The notes under the pieces were generated by a model. It was not told the DNA's origin. It saw nothing but the letters and a program-made list of their open reading frames with translations, and did not search any database. From positions 78,887 through 142,886 of the forward strand of contig JAMWCW010000003.1 in NCBI GenBank assembly GCA_023819145.1: 64,000 nucleotides of DNA, written 5' to 3'. Below, one piece after another: positions 49,307-58,441 of the stretch; positions within the stretch are counted from its first letter, which is position 1; each line of letters begins with the position of its first letter. Origin of the DNA: Candidatus Omnitrophota bacterium. GTDB taxonomy: Bacteria > Omnitrophota > Gorgyraeia > DTHP01. The position numbers and the translations under genes are program-made.

Positions 49307-49939
49307 ATGAAGCTAAAAGTATTAAAAGAGATTATTGGGTATTTAGAATTAGTTATTTTATTTTCGTTATTTCTTAACAGGTCTAATCTTCTTAGAGATG
49401 GCGCATTTATTGGGATAAGAAGGGTAAAAGAGGTTTTACAGACGCAAGTAAGGAATAGAAGCAGAGAGCTTGTTGGTTTATTTAAAACAGAAAATGGGCT
49501 TGGGTATAAAATCTATAGAGAAGAAATTCTGCCTCTTATGTTAGCGGGTCCTTCACAAGCAATACCCTTTACAGTGGAAATGAGAGCGATGATAGCAGAG
49601 GTAAATAGTGATGCAGATAGTGGTGAAGAAATGGTGGCGGGAAGGATATCTTTATATATCCCTCAGATACCCTATATAAATATAGCCGAAATTGAGGTTA
49701 ATATAGCTTCCCCTTATAAAGACTCAGGAATTTTAAATAAACTGTTTAGTTTAATTTTAAAAGAAGCACGTAATCGCGGATTTAGTCATTTAAGAATGGC
49801 CACAACATCTTTAAGTTCCGGAGAGATATTTATTTTTCTTAAACAAGAGGAAGCACACGGTATTATTTCCCATCTTACCTTCTATCCGCTACAAGATGGT
49901 CTGGTTTTTATTGGTTTTGATATTGCCAATCGGGAATAA
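49307..49939 (+). CDS. Leader-bearing GNAT-like acetyltransferase
   Basis: SPYKDSGILNKLFSLILKEARNRGFSHLRM resembles GNAT motif A; leader ends IRRVKE. Confidence 0.55.
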   Translation: MKLKVLKEIIGYLELVILFSLFLNRSNLLRDGAFIGIRRVKEVLQTQVRNRSRELVGLFKTENGLGYKIYREEILPLMLAGPSQAIPFTVEMRAMIAEVNSDADSGEEMVAGRISLYIPQIPYINIAEIEVNIASPYKDSGILNKLFSLILKEARNRGFSHLRMATTSLSSGEIFIFLKQEEAHGIISHLTFYPLQDGLVFIGFDIANRE

Positions 49940-50052
49940 ACCATAATTTAACCCCTTTCTCAAAAAACATTTGTAAATCCCTTGCTCTTTTGTTATACTT
50001 TAAGGGAAATTAAGTGGGGTTATTCATTTTATCTTTATTCTTAAATTTCACA

Positions 50053-50706
50053 ATGATTATTTCTCAACTAAAACCGTGGAAGGAAATAAGTTCTTATTTT
50101 AAAAAAGGTGAAAAATTATTTATTATAGGGTGCGGTGAATGTTCTACCACTTGCAAATCAGGGGGAGAATTTGAGGTTTTAGCGATTAAAGAAAAATTAG
50201 AAAAAGAAGGATATAGAGTAGCAGGATACTCCATTCCTAAATCTCCTTGTATTTCTGCACAGATAAAGATTGAATTGGCAAAACACAGCAAGGAAATTGC
50301 GGAAGCAGATTCTTTTTTGATTATGGCCTGTGGTTTAGGGGTGCAATCGGTTAAAATAAATCTGCGCCAGGATAAAATTATCCATCCCGCAACCAATACT
50401 TTGTTTATGGGGGCAGTCGATTCTACGGGTTTAGGATTTTTTGAATACTGTTCTGCCTGCGGGGATTGTATTCTAGAATTTACCGCAGGAATTTGTCCGA
50501 TTACCCGTTGTGCTAAGGGATTATTAAATGGTCCCTGCGGTGGACAAAATAAGGGGAAATGTGAAGCAGATAGGAACAAAGACTGCGCTTGGATTTTAAT
50601 CTATGAAGAACTAAAAAAAGCGAATAAATTGGACCTTTTGAAAAAGATAAAACCACCCCGTAATTATGGAGGAATGATTCGTCCGCAGGTGTTAGTATTG
50701 AAATAA
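50053..50706 (+). CDS. Methylenetetrahydrofolate reductase C-terminal (MetV-like) Cys-rich protein
   Basis: [33 protein letters not shown]; start likely ATG 50053. Confidence 0.88.
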   Translation: MIISQLKPWKEISSYFKKGEKLFIIGCGECSTTCKSGGEFEVLAIKEKLEKEGYRVAGYSIPKSPCISAQIKIELAKHSKEIAEADSFLIMACGLGVQSVKINLRQDKIIHPATNTLFMGAVDSTGLGFFEYCSACGDCILEFTAGICPITRCAKGLLNGPCGGQNKGKCEADRNKDCAWILIYEELKKANKLDLLKKIKPPRNYGGMIRPQVLVLK

Positions 50707-50719
50707 TCTTTCTTATAGT

Positions 50720-51286
50720 ATGGATAAAATAAAGATAGAGCAAGCAATTCGGGATATATTGGAAGCAATCGGGGAAAATCCTCGGAGAAAAGACCTGCAG
50801 GAAACACCTCGTCGGGTAGCAGAAATGTATGCAGAAGTGTTTTCGGGCATTAAAAAAGACCCTACACGAGAATTAGAAGTTATCTTAGACCAAAAGCACG
50901 ATGAAATAATTTTACTTAGAGATATTCCTCTTTACAGTTTTTGCGAACATCATCTTCTTCCCTTTATAGGGAAGGTGCATATAGCTTACCTTCCTAAAGG
51001 AGGGAGGGTAACGGGCTTGAGCAAGCTGGTAAGAGTAATTGAGGTTCTTTCTAAGCGTCTTCAGGTTCAAGAAAGACTCACCACTCAGATTGCCGACATT
51101 GTGATGAAAAAACTTCGGCCACTAGGAGTCATGGTGGTGGTGGAAGCGGAACATCTCTGCCTTTCGATGAGAGGGGTAAAAAAATCGGGTATTCTCACTG
51201 TAACTTCTGCAGTAAGAGGGATTTTCAAGGAGAATGAAAAAACCCGCTCAGAAGCGATGATGCTTATTAAAGGCGAACGGAGATAG
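50720..51286 (+). CDS. folE: GTP cyclohydrolase I
   Basis: [30 protein letters not shown]. Confidence 0.97.
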   Translation: MDKIKIEQAIRDILEAIGENPRRKDLQETPRRVAEMYAEVFSGIKKDPTRELEVILDQKHDEIILLRDIPLYSFCEHHLLPFIGKVHIAYLPKGGRVTGLSKLVRVIEVLSKRLQVQERLTTQIADIVMKKLRPLGVMVVVEAEHLCLSMRGVKKSGILTVTSAVRGIFKENEKTRSEAMMLIKGERR

Positions 51287-51301
51287 TATTTACTACTTTA
51301 T

Positions 51302-52489
51302 ATGGTTACGGAGAAGAAAAGAATTTTAGTGGTGGATGATGAAGAGAATATGCGTTCTGCACTCTTTGATGTGCTGGAGATAGAAGGTTACGCGGTTAGT
51401 ACCAGCGCGGATAAAGAGGAGGCTTTAAGACTCCTCCATAATATTGAATTTGACCTCTTGCTTTTAGACCTCCGTTTAAAAGGAAGCAGTGGTCTTGATT
51501 TAATCTCTGCAGTTAAGGAAATAAAACCCCACATTGCGGTCATAGTTATAACAGGCTATCCTAATTTAGATTCGGCAATTGAATCCCTGCGGTTAGGAAT
51601 TTCTGACTATCTTTTAAAACCCATAAGCATAGAGAGTCTCAAAGCATCTATTCAGAACGCTCTCCTTCAAAAAGATAAAGAGAGACAAAAATCCTACCTT
51701 CTTAAGAAGTTAGAAGAGGCAGAGAAGAAAAGCGCAAAACTTGAAGAAACCTTATCGCAGGCAACCAAATTAATTTCTTTGGGGAAAATCGCTCCTTCTA
51801 TGTTCCATGAAGTAAAAAATCTTTTGGGGATTATGAATATATCTATTTATTATATAAAAAAAAGCATGGATACAAAAGACCCGAAGGTTAAGAAACACAT
51901 TGAGATTATTGAAAAGGAAATAGAACATTCCAACCAAATTATTATGGGGATGCTGGAGCTTTCACGCCGACAAGAAGATAAATATACTCTTTGTGATATA
52001 AATCAGTTAACGGAAGAAGCACTCTCTTTGCTAGCTCATGAACTGGAACTAAAAGGGATTAAAATTATTAAAGAGTACGCTGAGCATTTACCTTTTATTC
52101 CCTGTGAGCCTCACCAGATAAAACAGGTTTTTATCAATATTGTTCTCAATGCCCAAGATGCGATGCCCAAGGGTGGAGAATTGCGTGTTAAGACAGGTAG
52201 AGATAACGATTCTTTATACATAAAATTTATGGATACAGGTTGCGGAATAAAGAAAGGTGATTTGGAAAAAATTTTTACCCCCTTTTTTACCACCAAGAAA
52301 GAAAGCGGTGGTATGGGGTTGGGATTAGTAGTAAGTCAGGATATTGTGAAGAGATACGAAGGCACCATTTTAGTTGAGAGCATAGAAAATAAAGGCTCTA
52401 TCTTTACGGTTAGGTTTCCCATTAATAAGAAGTCCGCGGCGGAAGAAGAAAAGATAGAGAAAGAAAATAGTCTTTGCAATGGAACATAA
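51302..52489 (+). CDS. Hybrid receiver-histidine kinase
   Basis: N-terminal REC domain (LVVDDE), H-box FHEVKN, N/G1/F/G2 boxes. Confidence 0.9.
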   Translation: MVTEKKRILVVDDEENMRSALFDVLEIEGYAVSTSADKEEALRLLHNIEFDLLLLDLRLKGSSGLDLISAVKEIKPHIAVIVITGYPNLDSAIESLRLGISDYLLKPISIESLKASIQNALLQKDKERQKSYLLKKLEEAEKKSAKLEETLSQATKLISLGKIAPSMFHEVKNLLGIMNISIYYIKKSMDTKDPKVKKHIEIIEKEIEHSNQIIMGMLELSRRQEDKYTLCDINQLTEEALSLLAHELELKGIKIIKEYAEHLPFIPCEPHQIKQVFINIVLNAQDAMPKGGELRVKTGRDNDSLYIKFMDTGCGIKKGDLEKIFTPFFTTKKESGGMGLGLVVSQDIVKRYEGTILVESIENKGSIFTVRFPINKKSAAEEEKIEKENSLCNGT

Positions 52490-53993
52490 TTTGGGTGCAA
52501 AAATTTTAGTAGTTGACGACGACCCTTTGATTTTGGAAACATTGAGAGATATATTAGATCTCGGGGGGTTTCAGACAATTTTATCCGCAGAGGCTCAAGA
52601 GGGCCTTGCTTTGATAAAGAGAGACAACATAGATTTGGTAATTACCGATATCAAGATGCCGACGATGAGTGGGATAGAGTTTCTGCGTTTAGTTAAAGAG
52701 ATTGACTTAGAAATCCCGGTGGTTATTATTACTGGTTTCGCTTCTTTGGAAACCGCTATCGAGGCGATTCGTGAAGGCGCTTATGATTATATAATTAAGC
52801 CTTTTGAGGTGGAAAAAATAATCGCGATTATTCAACGTGCGATAAAAGAGAGGAAGTTAACAGAGAAAAATAAAAACTTGCTGCGCGACCTCAAAGAAAC
52901 TGCCAGGGAATTGGATAAGCGTCTTCAGCAACTTTTTCATTTAGACAGGGTAAGTCGGACTATTTGTTCTGATTTTGAGTTGGAAGAATTTTTGCATGAC
53001 CTTTTAAACGCTACTGCCTCGGCAATAAATGCTAAAACAGGTTCACTTATGCTTTTTGATGATGAGGAAGGATGTTTGAGGATAAAAGCGCTTAAAGGAT
53101 TAAACCAAGCGCTCTTTGAGACAATAAAATTGAGAAAAGGGGAAGGCATCCCCGGTTTAGTTATGGAGAAGGCGAATATTATTTCTAGTGAAGATATTCG
53201 GAAAAGTAATTTAAATTTGGGGAAAATTGACTGGGAAATTTATCAATCTCCAAATTTCATCAGTATACCTATAAAGGGGAAGAATCGAATCTGGGGTGTT
53301 TTAAACTTGAGTGGTTGGGGAGAAGGTTTTTCTTTTAGTGAAGTTGATTTAAGACTACTTAGTATCCTTACTTCACAGGCTTGGGTTGCCATCGAGAATA
53401 GTAAATTAAATGGAGAATTGCAAAATTCTTACATCCATACCCTCCAGGTATTAGCCAATGCCATTGAAGCCAAATGTAAATATACACGCGGGCATTCTGA
53501 AAGAGTCACAAAATATGCTCTTCGATTTGCTATGCAATTAAAACTTTCAGAAAGAGAGATTAAGAAGATTCAATTTGCCTGTGGTGTACATGACATTGGC
53601 AAAATAAATATTTCGGATTCTATACTCAGTAAAACTACTCGCCTTGATGAAGAAGAATGGAAGATTATGCGTGAACATCCCAAAAAAGGAGTGGAGATTC
53701 TTATCCCTTTAGGGTTATTAAAAGAACTTATTCCCTTGGTGAAATATCACCACGAGCATTATGATGGGAATGGTTATCCGGAAGGTTTGAGAGAAAAAGA
53801 AATTCCTTTTGAAGCAAGAATTCTTACTCTTTTGGATGCCTATGATGCAATGACCTCCAGTCGTCCCTATAGGAAGAAAATGAGCAAAGAAAACGCCTTG
53901 AAAGAGATAGAAGATAATTTAGGTAAACAATTTGATCCTGAATTAGGAGAGAAATTTCTCAAAATCCATCACACCGTAGGAATTTTAGAGTGA
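52479..53993 (+). CDS. REC-GAF-HD-GYP c-di-GMP phosphodiesterase
   Basis: REC domain, GAF-like middle, HDIGK and HHEHYDGNGYP motifs. Confidence 0.92.
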   Translation: MEHNLGAKILVVDDDPLILETLRDILDLGGFQTILSAEAQEGLALIKRDNIDLVITDIKMPTMSGIEFLRLVKEIDLEIPVVIITGFASLETAIEAIREGAYDYIIKPFEVEKIIAIIQRAIKERKLTEKNKNLLRDLKETARELDKRLQQLFHLDRVSRTICSDFELEEFLHDLLNATASAINAKTGSLMLFDDEEGCLRIKALKGLNQALFETIKLRKGEGIPGLVMEKANIISSEDIRKSNLNLGKIDWEIYQSPNFISIPIKGKNRIWGVLNLSGWGEGFSFSEVDLRLLSILTSQAWVAIENSKLNGELQNSYIHTLQVLANAIEAKCKYTRGHSERVTKYALRFAMQLKLSEREIKKIQFACGVHDIGKINISDSILSKTTRLDEEEWKIMREHPKKGVEILIPLGLLKELIPLVKYHHEHYDGNGYPEGLREKEIPFEARILTLLDAYDAMTSSRPYRKKMSKENALKEIEDNLGKQFDPELGEKFLKIHHTVGILE

Positions 53994-54163
53994 ACTTTGT
54001 TTAAGTTATATTTTTAGATTAATTTCCTACCTTTTTTCGAGAGTTTCATTTATAAGTTTTTTTATAAATCAAGTACTTATCTATCATAAACTTTTCGGGA
54101 ACGTGGGTAAGAACTTTGTGAAAGATAAGAAAATGAGAATAGTGTTTAAATTAAAAGATAACC

Positions 54164-54763
54164 ATGGATAAGGAATTGAGAGAGATAAAATTAGGCGAGG
54201 TAGAGGTCTATTTTTCATATTCCCAGCCTCCGCAGCAGAATTACTTCGTTCTTTCTGAAGAAATTCAGGGTTTTGGGGTTTTTTGTGAGGATAAAAAATG
54301 TAAAAAAGAGTGTTCCCAAGGTGATTGCTCAGGAAAATTAAAAGTAGAAACCAGCGAGCTAGTTTTGGGAAAGGGAACTGTTAGGGCATTGAAATTTAGC
54401 TACGAAGGAGAAGGGAGATTATGGTTCTGGTTTGGTCCGGCGATGAGGGAAATTTTTAGCTTAGAAACAAAAATTCTCTTGGAAGTTCTAGCTAAGGATA
54501 ATATAAGCGGTTATATGATAATTACTGAATTAGTAGTTAGTGAAACCGAGGAGGTTCTTGGTTCTTATAACATTACGGAGAATTTGAGATGCCGTAATCA
54601 ATGGAATGTAGTAGAGATTCCTTTGGGAGTAGGAGGTTTTAATATAGACTGGTTTAAACTTGCTAAACCCGGAACTTTCACTTTAGCAGTTAAAATCCTG
54701 CCTTTAGAAAACGAGAAAGAACCAAAAGGTAGTCTTTACTTTCGAAGCTTGATTATAAAATAG
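54164..54763 (+). CDS. Hypothetical protein, possible jelly-roll/CBM-like fold
   Basis: 199-aa ORF; ALKFSY...W..VEIPL...IDW...GSLYF pattern; four-Cys patch. Confidence 0.5.
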   Translation: MDKELREIKLGEVEVYFSYSQPPQQNYFVLSEEIQGFGVFCEDKKCKKECSQGDCSGKLKVETSELVLGKGTVRALKFSYEGEGRLWFWFGPAMREIFSLETKILLEVLAKDNISGYMIITELVVSETEEVLGSYNITENLRCRNQWNVVEIPLGVGGFNIDWFKLAKPGTFTLAVKILPLENEKEPKGSLYFRSLIIK

Positions 54764-54780
54764 CCTTATACATAAATCTC

Positions 54781-54809
54781 TTGCAGTTTAATACCTATTT
54801 TCATAAAAT
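54781..54809 (+). promoter_or_regulatory. Putative promoter producing a leaderless mRNA
   Basis: TTGCAG-17nt-TAAAAT, then 7 nt to ATG 54817. Confidence 0.5.
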
Positions 54810-54816
54810 ATTACCT

Positions 54817-56346
54817 ATGCTTTCCAAAGTTTATTCTGCTTCGGTTTTAGGTTTAGAAGCCTATGGAGTGGAGATTGAGGTGGATGTGGTAGGAGGAATT
54901 CCTACGGTTGCTGTGGTAGGACTTCCGGATACTGCAGTTAAAGAGTCCAAAGATAGGGTTAAGGCAGCAATAAAAAATTCTCAATTTGCATATCCTCCGC
55001 GGAAAATTACCGTAAATCTTGCTCCTGCAGATATAAAAAAAGAAGGCCCGAGTTTTGACCTGCCTATTGCTATAGGTATTATTGCTGCTACCTCTCAGAT
55101 AAATTCGGAAAGATTAAAAGAATTTGTTGTTTTAGGAGAGCTTGCGCTTAATGGTGAGGTAAGAAAGATAAAAGGAGTTTTACCCATTGCTTTATATTTA
55201 AAGAATGGTCCTTTGAGAAAGTTGATTCTCCCTTTGGATAATGCGAAAGAGGCAGCAGTGGTAGAGGGAATTGAAGTTTATGCGGTGAGAAGCTTATCGG
55301 AGGCAGTGGCTTTTTTAAATGGGGCAATAGAGATTATTCCATATAAACTGGATAGGGAGGAATTGTTAAAGAGATTATCCCATTACGAAGTGGATTTCTC
55401 TGAGGTTAAAGGACAAGAATTCGTTAAACGCGCTTTAGAGATAGCTGCTACGGGTTACCATAACATCCTTATGATTGGGCCACCCGGTGGGGGTAAAACT
55501 ATGCTGGCAAAGAGACTCCCTACCATCCTTCCGGAAATGACTTGGGAGGAGTGTCTGGAAACCACACGGATCTATAGTGTAGCAGGAGCTATTTCTTCAG
55601 GAGAGGCACTGGTTACCGAGAGGCCATTTCGCATTGTTCATCACACCGCTTCGGACATTGCTCTTGTCGGAGGAGGGGCAATTCCTAAGCCCGGAGAAGT
55701 GAGCCTTGCTCACAATGGTATTTTATTTTTAGATGAACTTCCGGAGTTTCATCGAGATGCCTTAGAAGTTTTGCGACAGCCATTGGAAGATGGGAAAATT
55801 ACCATTTCTCGTGCCAGTAGGACATTGACTTTTTTTTCCCGTTTCCTACTCTGTGCCACTATGAATCCTTGCCCTTGTGGTTATTTTGGTTCATCTCGTG
55901 AATGCCATTGTACTCCTCGGAGGATTCAGCAATATCGTGCGAAGATTTCCGGACCCCTTCTTGACCGCATTGATATTCATATAGAAGTTCCTGCTCTAAA
56001 ATATAAAGAACTCTTGGGTAAACAAGAAGGGGAATCTTCTTCAGAGATAAGGAAAAGGGTGAATAGAGCAAGAAAGATACAACTTAAGCGTTTAAAAAGC
56101 TCAGGCATAAATTTTAATTCACAAATGAATAGTCGCTTGATAAAGAAATTCTGTCAGTTAGGAAAAGAGTCTCAAGAGTTATTAAAAATGGCAATTGATG
56201 AATTGGGAATTTCTGCCCGCGCGTATGACAAAATACTGAAAGTGGCACGAACTATCGCTGACTTAGCGGGTAGAGAAAATATACTCCCAGAACATATCTC
56301 CGAAGCAATCCAATATAGGACTCTGGATAGAAATCTCTGGATGTGA
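54817..56346 (+). CDS. comM: YifB/ComM Mg-chelatase-like AAA ATPase
   Basis: VGLPDTAVKES, GPPGGGKT, FLDELPEF, NPCPCGY; start likely ATG 54817. Confidence 0.92.
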   Translation: MLSKVYSASVLGLEAYGVEIEVDVVGGIPTVAVVGLPDTAVKESKDRVKAAIKNSQFAYPPRKITVNLAPADIKKEGPSFDLPIAIGIIAATSQINSERLKEFVVLGELALNGEVRKIKGVLPIALYLKNGPLRKLILPLDNAKEAAVVEGIEVYAVRSLSEAVAFLNGAIEIIPYKLDREELLKRLSHYEVDFSEVKGQEFVKRALEIAATGYHNILMIGPPGGGKTMLAKRLPTILPEMTWEECLETTRIYSVAGAISSGEALVTERPFRIVHHTASDIALVGGGAIPKPGEVSLAHNGILFLDELPEFHRDALEVLRQPLEDGKITISRASRTLTFFSRFLLCATMNPCPCGYFGSSRECHCTPRRIQQYRAKISGPLLDRIDIHIEVPALKYKELLGKQEGESSSEIRKRVNRARKIQLKRLKSSGINFNSQMNSRLIKKFCQLGKESQELLKMAIDELGISARAYDKILKVARTIADLAGRENILPEHISEAIQYRTLDRNLWM

Positions 56347-56375
56347 TTAATAAATAGATTAAAGGGAGGGTAATA

Positions 56376-57308
56376 ATGAAGGATTTTAAAAAGATTATAC
56401 GTCCGCTGCTGGGGTTATTTATTTTAGTTTTAATCTTCTTCAGCATTGTTTCTTTAGTAACGATTTTTCCATCAAAAGGGTTCGCTAAGCGATGGGAATT
56501 TAAAAAGATATATACAAAAGCATTAGAGGAGGAAAAAAGAGGAAGTCTCGGCAAAGCGATAGAATATTTAGAGAAGATAGATGATAGTTTTGGAAAGGAT
56601 AAAAAAATTTATAATGCTTGGTTTAAACTCGCTTTGCTTTATGAGAAGGCTAATCGCTTCTTAGAAGCAAAAAAGCTTTTAGAAAAGATAATCTTAGAAT
56701 CGGGGACAGGAGACATCATTAAGAAAGCCCAAGAAGAATTGGGTAAGCTTAATATAAAGATTATTTTTTCTCCTCTTGTCACCGAAAACGCTTTTCTTTA
56801 TGAAGTAAAAGAAGGGGATTCACTAATTAAAATTGCTCAACGGTTTAATACTACCGTAGAACTTATTAGAAAGGCAAATAATCTTAAAGAAGATGCCTTT
56901 CTTCGCCCAGGGATGAAACTAAAAATAACTAAAGAAAAATTTTCTGTTTTGGTAGATAAATCTCAGAATACCCTTACCCTTAAGGCAGATGATAGAGTGG
57001 TTAAAGTATATACCGTTTCCACCGGTCTAAATAATATCACTCCTGTGGGTACCTTTAAAATTATTAACAAAATTACCAAGCCGGTATGGTATAAAGATGG
57101 TAAAGTTATTTCCCCGGATGATCCGGAAAATATTTTAGGAAGTCACTGGTTAGGAATTTCTGAACGCGGATACGGCATACATGGAACAACCCAACCCGAG
57201 ACAATTGGCAAGCATGTTACTCAAGGTTGCGTAAGGATGTATAATCATGATGTAGAAGAACTCTATATTATTTTGCCTATCGGAACGGAAGTAACCATTA
57301 TGGAATAA
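56376..57308 (+). CDS. L,D-transpeptidase with TPR-like and LysM domains
   Basis: N-terminal TM, LysM (YEVKEGDSL..IA), YkuD motif HGT...TQGCVRM. Confidence 0.92.
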   Translation: MKDFKKIIRPLLGLFILVLIFFSIVSLVTIFPSKGFAKRWEFKKIYTKALEEEKRGSLGKAIEYLEKIDDSFGKDKKIYNAWFKLALLYEKANRFLEAKKLLEKIILESGTGDIIKKAQEELGKLNIKIIFSPLVTENAFLYEVKEGDSLIKIAQRFNTTVELIRKANNLKEDAFLRPGMKLKITKEKFSVLVDKSQNTLTLKADDRVVKVYTVSTGLNNITPVGTFKIINKITKPVWYKDGKVISPDDPENILGSHWLGISERGYGIHGTTQPETIGKHVTQGCVRMYNHDVEELYIILPIGTEVTIME

Positions 57309-57447
57309 GAATATTTTTATTCCGCACTAGAAAAAACCTATTTGGGATAGAGGGGGGGGGAAGAACAGTTCTTCTGAAAGTTTGTTTCCCAAAGTCGCAG
57401 CGGTAAAGCTGTGGTTAGATGTTTACTAATTAACGAAGGTTACTAAA

Positions 57448-58407
57448 ATGAATGGACTTGATTTTGAGAAACCGATTATAGAATTAGAGCGAAGAATTGA
57501 AGAATTAAGAAAATTTTCTGAGGCAAAGAAGATAGACCTTTCTATAGAGATAAAACGCCTCGAAGATAAACTTGAGACCATCCGGCATAATATCTTTGAG
57601 AATCTTACTCCTTGGCAGAGAGTTCAGATTGCAAGGCATCCTTCACGACCTTATACCTTGGATTACATAAATATGATGATGACTGATTTCATAGAATTTC
57701 ATGGAGATAGACTCTTTGGTGATGACAAAGCAATCGTGTGTGGTTTTGCCCGCTTGGAAAAGACAAAAGTCTGTGTCCTGGGGCATCAGAAAGGAAGAGA
57801 TACAAAAGAAAATATCTATCGTAATTTTGGCTGTGCTCACCCAGAAGGATACCGTAAGGCAATGCGTTTAATGCAGATGGCAGAGAAATTTAGAATCCCA
57901 GTAATTGTTTTTATCGATACTCCCGGTGCTTACCCGGGAATTGGAGCAGAAGAAAGAGGGCAAGCACATTCTATTGCTTATAATCTAAGAGAAATGGTTA
58001 ACCTCAAAATTCCCATCATTGTGATAGTGATCGGTGAAGGAGGCAGTGGTGGGGCTTTGGGAATAGGCATCGGAGACAAACTTCTTATTTTAGAGAATGC
58101 TTACTATTCAGTAATTTCTCCCGAAGGTTGTGCTGCAATTTTATGGAGAGAACGTTCTAAAGCGAGTGAAGCAGCAGAGGCATTAAAACTAACTGCTGAA
58201 GACTTATTGGAATTGGGTATTGTGGATGAAGTGCTGGCTGAACCTTTAGGAGGGGCACACCATGACCCTCAGGAGACTGCCGAGACAATTAAGAAAGCTT
58301 TAAAGAGGTATCTGAAAGAACTTTCAGAAATTCCTGTAGAAGAACTGTTGAGTAGACGCTACGATAAATACCGGAAGATAGGATTATGGGAGGAGAAAAA
58401 CGGATGA
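57448..58407 (+). CDS. accA: Acetyl-CoA carboxylase carboxyltransferase alpha subunit
   Basis: [31 protein letters not shown]. Confidence 0.97.
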   Translation: MNGLDFEKPIIELERRIEELRKFSEAKKIDLSIEIKRLEDKLETIRHNIFENLTPWQRVQIARHPSRPYTLDYINMMMTDFIEFHGDRLFGDDKAIVCGFARLEKTKVCVLGHQKGRDTKENIYRNFGCAHPEGYRKAMRLMQMAEKFRIPVIVFIDTPGAYPGIGAEERGQAHSIAYNLREMVNLKIPIIVIVIGEGGSGGALGIGIGDKLLILENAYYSVISPEGCAAILWRERSKASEAAEALKLTAEDLLELGIVDEVLAEPLGGAHHDPQETAETIKKALKRYLKELSEIPVEELLSRRYDKYRKIGLWEEKNG

Positions 58408-58441
58408 ATACGGCTTGAAAAAGATATAAAAATAGATACGG

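Noticed and set aside
40840-49939. Reading the twin-Arg leaders as Tat signals
   Set aside because: The RR lies after the hydrophobic region and lacks the S/T-R-R-x-F-L-K context.
54067-54120. IHF-like site AATCAAGTACTTA and a sigma54-like GG-N10-GT element
   Set aside because: The -12 GC is not matched, and short AT-rich matches are expected by chance.
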